A stretch of DNA of 64,000 nt from Micavibrio sp. (GTDB lineage Bacteria; Pseudomonadota; Alphaproteobacteria; UBA9219): NCBI GenBank assembly GCA_020718105.1, contig DYDA01000006.1, positions 5,442 to 69,441 on the forward strand. Direction: 5' to 3'. Positions 58,722-64,000 of this stretch are shown piece by piece. A model generated the notes under the pieces. That model did no database searches. It saw only the letters and a program-made list of their open reading frames with translations, and was not told the DNA's origin. Each line of letters opens with the position of its first letter. Positions within the stretch are counted from its first letter, which is position 1. A program made the position numbers and the translations under genes.

Positions 58722-61700
58722 CTACGAAAGTTCAAGAGCAAGGATATTGGGCGTCCGCTCTGGATCAGCGTGCCTTAACAGGCCATAGCCTATTCCCGCC
58801 ATGCCGCACATCAGTCCCGGCGTCGTTGCTCCGCCCGGCATGTCACAGTCCCATCTTTCTTTTTTCCGATAGTCAGCCATGATAGCGGATAGCATGGCGC
58901 AGGCCCTGTCATGATCTCCTGTAGCAAGAAAGATTTCCGAGTTGCCAAGATTTCCGTGACACAGGCATTGATTGCTGATGAGGCCCTGCTTCCATGTCGC
59001 CTCGCAAGCCAAACGCACACGCTCGTCGCAAAAATCCTTTCCAAGAACGTCCGGCATTTTCAGAAGAGCAAGACCGATGCCCGGAGCGCCATAGCACCAA
59101 TGACAGGTTGGAGCACCGCCGCGCGCGTCTACCCATGTTTGTTGTTTCTCATCGAAAAAACTTTGTTCATAGGCAAACGCTTGTTGCGCAAGCCCTGTCC
59201 ATTTTTCTTCTTTCGTATACTGCGCCCATTCGGCCAAGGCCCACGCAATTCCCGTGACACCGTGAGAAAGTCCGCCCAGTCTCTTTTCTTCCGTTTGAAC
59301 AGTCTTCCACGTGACGCCAAATTCTTGCTTCTCAGATGAAGCTGCCAATCGGTCAGCAGCGGCAGCGGCAACCTGAAGCGCTTCCGTCGATCCGTTCTGG
59401 CGATAGACACCCATTGCGACAAGAAGAACACCAGCAGCGCCGTAAATAAGATCGTTGGATTCATCTTTTTTGACCAATCTTTCTAACACAGCAAAGGCGT
59501 TTTTTCTCCCACTTCCCTCATCGCAATTCAAAGCGTCCGACAAAAGGCTGTCCGCGTAAATCAAGCCAGCGATTCCGTTAAACGCTCCGCAGCCATGCCC
59601 GCGAGAGCGGTCGGCAAAAACTTTCCGAATGGTGGCAAGAGCGTCCGTGGCTATAGCCTTGAATCTCTCGTCACGCGTCTGTTTATACAATTGCCCCATG
59701 AAAAGGCCAATGCCCGGCGTTCCATCATAAAGAGATAGCCTTGGAACGTCAGCCGTGTAGCTTTCTTTATCGACCGGTAACAAACCGGACCATATCGGCG
59801 TATCATTGACGTAATAGGCGCTGTCAAGCAACGATTGGCCTATCTTTGATGCCTCATAAATAAGCTCATCTGAGGAAGTTTTCTTTCTCTTACAAAAAGA
59901 AATAGGCCTGTTTGGGTTTTCTTCTTTCTCCGCTGGCATTGTACTTTTGAGTGCCATACGGATGGTTTCCGTTTGCGGAACCAACAATTTTTCGAGAGAT
60001 CGCAAACGCCTTTTAACAGACTGCATTCCCGTGCAAGCAAAAAAGTTCTTGTGAGGTCTTCCTGTTGACGAAAAAATATCTTTTGAATCCGGTGTTGTCC
60101 AGAAATAGGGCACGTCCCCATTCCACAAATCCTCGACCTCGCTAGGGATGATGGATTCAAGATGGTGCGCCAACAGGACGCCCGCCCAAAGTTCGCCGCC
60201 GATCATCATATCGCTTTCGACGGCATCGCCCAAAACAGAGGGGTGTGCCATAGACTGGAGAATATGAACATAGTCCCGCGTGTTTCTCGTTACGTATCGA
60301 ACGGGGACGGATCGAAAGACATTCAAGATGCTCCGTGGGCCAAGCAGAAAGACCCGATGTTTCTTGAATGTGGAAATGGCGGACTCAAAGCCAGCAATAA
60401 TCTCCCCAAGATGCTCATACGCCCGGCACGGGATGCCATCGACATATGGAATATTCTTTTCCTGTGGCATAGAAACTTTTTGCATCACAAACCGCGCGTC
60501 GTCCCTGCCGATATTTTCCATCATCAGCGCTTCCGTCGGCGCTGGCTGTTCGCCACAGGCACCAATGGCGCTTAGATCGTACACACCTCCAGGCCCCATC
60601 AGGCGATATGGCAGTAAGCCGGTTCTGAATAAAAGGTCTTCAAAGGCCTGAAGGTAGCATTGCTGAAAAAACGCGCTCTTTCCTGAGGGCCTTATTGAGC
60701 GGTCAAACATTACCTCAACATCAACGAGATAAGGATCGCCCCCAGAAGCGATCAAGTTTTCATGGTGCAAATCCGTAATTCCCAGCAACCACGAAATCGC
60801 AAGGAGAGACCCAAGCTTCTTGTAATATATGGGAATGTCGGAAGGTAACGCATCCGTGTTCGCCTCGACAAACGAGCAATAGCCATAGGTCCCACAATCA
60901 AGAACCGAAACGGTTTTGGGCGCAGGCGCGTCCGAGCAAGAAGCAAACCAATTGATGAGCGCATTATAAGCGACATCTGCGGCAAGCGAGCGCGGCTTAT
61001 AAACAAGGATGCCTTCCGCGAAGTGAAGTATAGCCACGACATGTCCGCCGCAATGTGCATCGCCCGTGCCCCAGTGTATCGACTGAAGGGTTCTTAAAGA
61101 TAACCCCAAAGAAGACTCAACTGTCGCTTTATCTTTTGCCAAACGTTCCAGTGCCTTTACGGAAGCATTAATTGTGTTCGCAGCAGTCGTGGAGACCAAG
61201 CGCCACAAAACGGGGTATTTACCCCAAAACCTACGTTGGTTTTCTTTCTCGCCAAGGGAACCCACAAAAGCGCCGAACCTCTCTTCCGGAGTTTGCGAGG
61301 ATTTGTTCTTCCGCTTGATTCGAAAAAGATTCGCCTCCATCGCCATACTTGGAAGCATGAGGTTCGCTAATCTTTGGGAAAAATAAATATCATATTCTGC
61401 CAGCAACCTTTCACTGTCCGAGCCAAGCCCAACGGCCTGCAAGGCATTGATGGCTTGAACCATACGTTTCATAGCATGGGAGAATAACGGCGCGCATAAG
61501 GCCTCAAAGCCATATCCGGATTCTCTCTCATGCTCGCTGGAAAAAGCGCCAGCTTCTTCTGAAATCATTTCAGGGTCACACCAATACGGAGCAATCTCAC
61601 CGTATAGTGCGTCGGAAGCAAAACGGCTTTCATTCAGAACGCCGCCTATCCTTTCAAGCGCTCCGCCCATCATGCCTACGTGTTTGCGCAGAAGATTTTT

Positions 61701-61847
61701 CTTCCGTTGGAAATAACGGTTGCTCCACCATTTTATCTTGGGTTCCGTTGCTGCGGCGACATAGTCTGATAAATCGTTTTGATGCCCAGTTTGCGCAAAT
61801 CGCTCGGATAGTGATAGTGCACGGCTTAAAATGGTTTCTTCGATCAT
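58722..61847 (-). CDS. lanM: class II lanthipeptide synthetase (LanM-like: N-terminal dehydratase domain plus C-terminal LanC-like cyclase)
   Basis: Kinase-like catalytic loop ITDLHHENLI (DxHxxN) and DVEVMFD in the N-terminal half. LanC-like GxxG repeats and CHG motif in the C-terminal half (GTPGIGLFMGQLY, GAAGVLLV, GVTGIAWAL, WCYGAPGIGLALL, CHGNLGNSEIF, GMAGIGYGLL). 1041 aa. Confidence 0.85.
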   Translation of the reverse strand: MIEETILSRALSLSERFAQTGHQNDLSDYVAAATEPKIKWWSNRYFQRKKNLLRKHVGMMGGALERIGGVLNESRFASDALYGEIAPYWCDPEMISEEAGAFSSEHERESGYGFEALCAPLFSHAMKRMVQAINALQAVGLGSDSERLLAEYDIYFSQRLANLMLPSMAMEANLFRIKRKNKSSQTPEERFGAFVGSLGEKENQRRFWGKYPVLWRLVSTTAANTINASVKALERLAKDKATVESSLGLSLRTLQSIHWGTGDAHCGGHVVAILHFAEGILVYKPRSLAADVAYNALINWFASCSDAPAPKTVSVLDCGTYGYCSFVEANTDALPSDIPIYYKKLGSLLAISWLLGITDLHHENLIASGGDPYLVDVEVMFDRSIRPSGKSAFFQQCYLQAFEDLLFRTGLLPYRLMGPGGVYDLSAIGACGEQPAPTEALMMENIGRDDARFVMQKVSMPQEKNIPYVDGIPCRAYEHLGEIIAGFESAISTFKKHRVFLLGPRSILNVFRSVPVRYVTRNTRDYVHILQSMAHPSVLGDAVESDMMIGGELWAGVLLAHHLESIIPSEVEDLWNGDVPYFWTTPDSKDIFSSTGRPHKNFFACTGMQSVKRRLRSLEKLLVPQTETIRMALKSTMPAEKEENPNRPISFCKRKKTSSDELIYEASKIGQSLLDSAYYVNDTPIWSGLLPVDKESYTADVPRLSLYDGTPGIGLFMGQLYKQTRDERFKAIATDALATIRKVFADRSRGHGCGAFNGIAGLIYADSLLSDALNCDEGSGRKNAFAVLERLVKKDESNDLIYGAAGVLLVAMGVYRQNGSTEALQVAAAAADRLAASSEKQEFGVTWKTVQTEEKRLGGLSHGVTGIAWALAEWAQYTKEEKWTGLAQQAFAYEQSFFDEKQQTWVDARGGAPTCHWCYGAPGIGLALLKMPDVLGKDFCDERVRLACEATWKQGLISNQCLCHGNLGNSEIFLATGDHDRACAMLSAIMADYRKKERWDCDMPGGATTPGLMCGMAGIGYGLLRHADPERTPNILALELS

Positions 61848-61984
61848 CGCAGCCCTTTATGTCATTAGGAAGTTTGTTAAAAGATGGATCTCTAAAAATC
61901 GTTCTTATATTTACAATTTCTGCTTTGACCGCGCCTGATGTCACAATTGGGCGAGAAGCGCGGCCAGAGCAAGAACTAACGGGT

Positions 61985-62452
61985 TTATATTGGGCCTTCG
62001 GGCACTTTGAATTTGCAGCGACCGCTTTGACAATATGCTGTTTGGCAGGCCGTTGTTTGGCAAGCCGTCGTTTGGCAAACCGTTGTTTGGCAAATAGTCG
62101 TGCCACAATTCCCAGTCAGATAAGCCCGTCCAGACATATTCTGCGCGGAACGAACCATGGGCGCTTCGCCAGCAGGATTGATCGTGACAATCTTGACAAG
62201 CTCTTTGCGATCCATGCCCTTCAGCACTTCTTCAAGATGAACCAGATCAACCTTAAGCTCCTTGCCGACCTGCTGCTGCCATCCCTTCCGATTCTTGATG
62301 AAAGGATCGGCCATCTGGGGATTCATCCACATCAATTCGACAAATTGCGACAGAACATCCTCCCCTGAGGCCTTCTCTTTCGCTTTTGCTTTGATCCCAT
62401 CATACTTTCCACGAGTCATAGCGGAAACGGTTTTTCTGTGTCTTTCTAACAT
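61985..62452 (-). CDS. lanA: lanthipeptide-like precursor: NHLP-type long leader plus Cys/Thr-rich repetitive core
   Basis: Start ATG 62452 with RBS AAGGAGGA. Leader resembles nitrile-hydratase leader peptides (ELMWMNPQMADPFIKNRKGW...GKELKVDL). C-terminus NCGTTICQTTVCQTTACQTTACQTAYCQSGRCKF has four CQTT pentapeptide repeats. 137 bp upstream of lanM. Confidence 0.7.
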   Translation of the reverse strand: MLERHRKTVSAMTRGKYDGIKAKAKEKASGEDVLSQFVELMWMNPQMADPFIKNRKGWQQQVGKELKVDLVHLEEVLKGMDRKELVKIVTINPAGEAPMVRSAQNMSGRAYLTGNCGTTICQTTVCQTTACQTTACQTAYCQSGRCKFKVPEGPI

Positions 62453-62590
62453 GAACCAAGTCCTCCTTATATGGTTGTGCGAGCTTTTCATTCTGTGGAG
62501 GGCCGATGCCCGCTTCAATCGGCCTTTTCATATAAAATCTGTAACCGCGTTATATTTTTTCGTTCTTTGTGCTCGAAAAGCAGATAAAAG

Positions 62591-63292
62591 CTACTTTCCA
62601 GATTTTTTCTTGCTTTGTCTCCCTTTTGCATGAACGGGGGTCTGCGTGGGCATTGTCTTGTCCCACAGAGACGCAAACTGCGCACGAAACGCATCGGCCA
62701 TAGCAGATGACTTGACAGATACTATCTTCGTCCATGCTCCGGAAGTCGTCGGAAAAGGCGCGTACTTGTCGCCGTACACGCAAAACGAAATTGTATCGAC
62801 GTATTTTCTTGATATTGAGCGAATGTTCGCACCTTGAATAATTTCGAGCTCTGGTTCCGCTTTCGTTATCAGGCATTGAATGCTAACAGAACTCGCTTGA
62901 TTAAATAGTTCGTCCATCTTTTCAAAGTTACGCCCAAATACCTCCCTAAGGTCGTCCATAGACGATGCCATGATCGCAATATGTCCCCCGTTCTTTTGAA
63001 CGGTTTGTTTGATGTCATCGAAAAGCTGGCTCATTCCGTTCGGCACCGTAAAAACAGATATGTCCTCAAAACATCGGCGCACGCCATCAGCATCCATAAA
63101 CTCAATCCCTGCGCTTTCTATTGCCTGACGGATGAGTCTCATCGTTGAATCGCGAGGCGAGATATGTCCCAATTCAAGCTTGCGAATTGTCGCAACCGAT
63201 AATTGTGCCGCATTTGCCAGATCTTCTTGTGACCAATCAAGCAACGCCCGAGCCGCTTTCATCTGTTTTGCGCTGAGGGGGCGGATAATCAT
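62591..63292 (-). CDS. XRE-family HTH regulator with C-terminal domain of unknown function (paralog B), upstream of lanA-lanM
   Basis: N-terminal HTH (MKAARALLDWSQEDLANAAQLSVATIRKLE), same architecture and lysine-rich tail as 46531..47199; 233 aa. Confidence 0.8.
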   Translation of the reverse strand: MIIRPLSAKQMKAARALLDWSQEDLANAAQLSVATIRKLELGHISPRDSTMRLIRQAIESAGIEFMDADGVRRCFEDISVFTVPNGMSQLFDDIKQTVQKNGGHIAIMASSMDDLREVFGRNFEKMDELFNQASSVSIQCLITKAEPELEIIQGANIRSISRKYVDTISFCVYGDKYAPFPTTSGAWTKIVSVKSSAMADAFRAQFASLWDKTMPTQTPVHAKGRQSKKKSGK

Positions 63293-63487
63293 GTAAGCCT
63301 CTCTTCTTTCGCTTTGGCCGTTCTTTTTTGTTTTCCAGCTTGCTTGATTTCTTGCTGCACGATAAACGACAAAACAGACTTAATGGAAACACCTTCATCA
63401 ATTGTCAGAACATTGAGGCCGTTTAACAGAATTGATAATTGGCATCCGGTGAAGCAGGTAGACGGACGCGTTGGCGAGTGGGTCATG

Positions 63488-63967
63488 TCACGCACCCATC
63501 CAATTGAGTTCGACCTTAGCGAGGGCATAGGACATGGCCCAATGCCGTTTGATTTCTTGCGAAGGGAAACCCTTGGCTTCAAGGTCGGACGGTTTGCATT
63601 CACCCTTGTCTTTCAATATTTTTGCGATTTTGGTCGCTAGATCCTGACACGGGGCAAAAACATCTTCGTCTCCAGCAACCCTTACGATTTCCATGTGAGC
63701 CTCGTTTTTGTTTCTGTTTTCCTCCTCCAAAAAGAAAAGAACCGCGTCCGCGACCAAATCATCGGACGCGTACCAGCGATGACGAACGATCAAGCGTTCA
63801 TAGAGACCGTGAAGAATGCCAAGATCGCTCGGCAATTCGGCTTGATGTGTGGATTCAAAATTGTATTTGAGGCGCTCGATCAAACTGTCCAGCAAAGCCG
63901 GATTGTGATCGTCTTGCGCAGGCGCACAGGGGTCTTTATTTTCTTCCATGCAAAAGGCCTCAATCAA
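63488..63967 (-). CDS. hypothetical protein
   Basis: 159-aa ORF with protein-like composition; overlaps alternative ORFs on both strands, so low confidence. Confidence 0.4.
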   Translation of the reverse strand: MIEAFCMEENKDPCAPAQDDHNPALLDSLIERLKYNFESTHQAELPSDLGILHGLYERLIVRHRWYASDDLVADAVLFFLEEENRNKNEAHMEIVRVAGDEDVFAPCQDLATKIAKILKDKGECKPSDLEAKGFPSQEIKRHWAMSYALAKVELNWMGA

Positions 63968-64000
63968 CTGGCCGATTCCTCCAGCGCGCCTTGCGCTGTC

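Larger units (their letters stand above)
38950..64000. mobile_element. integrated mobilizable genomic island at tRNA-Val (left end at the tRNA 3' end; right end beyond the window)
   Basis: Starts at tRNA 3' end; int, xis-like, ardC, mobA-like and mobC all on the minus strand; visibly lower GC than the core; defence-type cargo. Confidence 0.6.

Noticed and set aside
61985-62518. Annotating the precursor with the 177-aa ORF start at 62518
   Set aside because: The in-frame ATG at 62452 has a strong AAGGAGGA RBS 7 nt upstream. The upstream extension (MKRASALHRMKSSHNHIRRTWF) lacks one and is basic and low-complexity. So the shorter 155-aa form was chosen.

Overview
This 64-kb window is an alphaproteobacterial-type chromosome segment in two parts. 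Positions 1 to about 38.9 kb are a GC-rich, housekeeping core. Its genes are trpC, tRNA-Leu, radA, cvpA, purF, epmA, an M48 protease, a dsbA-like gene and aroQ-accB-accC. They continue with an FkbM methyltransferase, terC, cspA, a DEAD-box helicase and the glyA-nrdR-ribE-ribH-nusB cluster. Then come rpiB, prmA, an aminopeptidase P, bdhA, tRNA-Ser, a NUDIX hydrolase, a SPOR protein, argS, dnaA, rpsT, priA, two glycine-rich secreted proteins and an EnvZ/OmpR-like two-component pair. The core is peppered with two families of MITE/REP-like palindromic repeats. A HEPN/MNT toxin-antitoxin pair sits inside the accB-accC operon. At tRNA-Val (38.9 kb, preceded by a tandem array of 5' tRNA fragments) a lower-GC integrated mobilizable island begins and runs past the window end. 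It carries a tyrosine integrase, an Xis-like HTH protein, an ArdC antirestriction protein, a MobA-like relaxase and MobC. It also carries a large Rad50/SbcC-like ATPase with a CxxC hook. Further along is a tightly packed minus-strand operon: SNF2 helicase, membrane protein, ComEC-like MBL hydrolase, a 219-aa unknown, a truncated type III Mod remnant, a small membrane protein and an intact type III Res helicase-nuclease. The most striking element is a class II lanthipeptide-like module: a LanM synthetase plus a nitrile-hydratase-leader-type precursor with four CQTT repeats, under an XRE regulator, with no transporter or protease gene visible. A paralogous XRE regulator heads a second unknown module. 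I consider the LanM/precursor module and the SNF2-MBL-Res operon, both inside the mobile island, the best candidates for an undescribed (possibly anti-phage) system.
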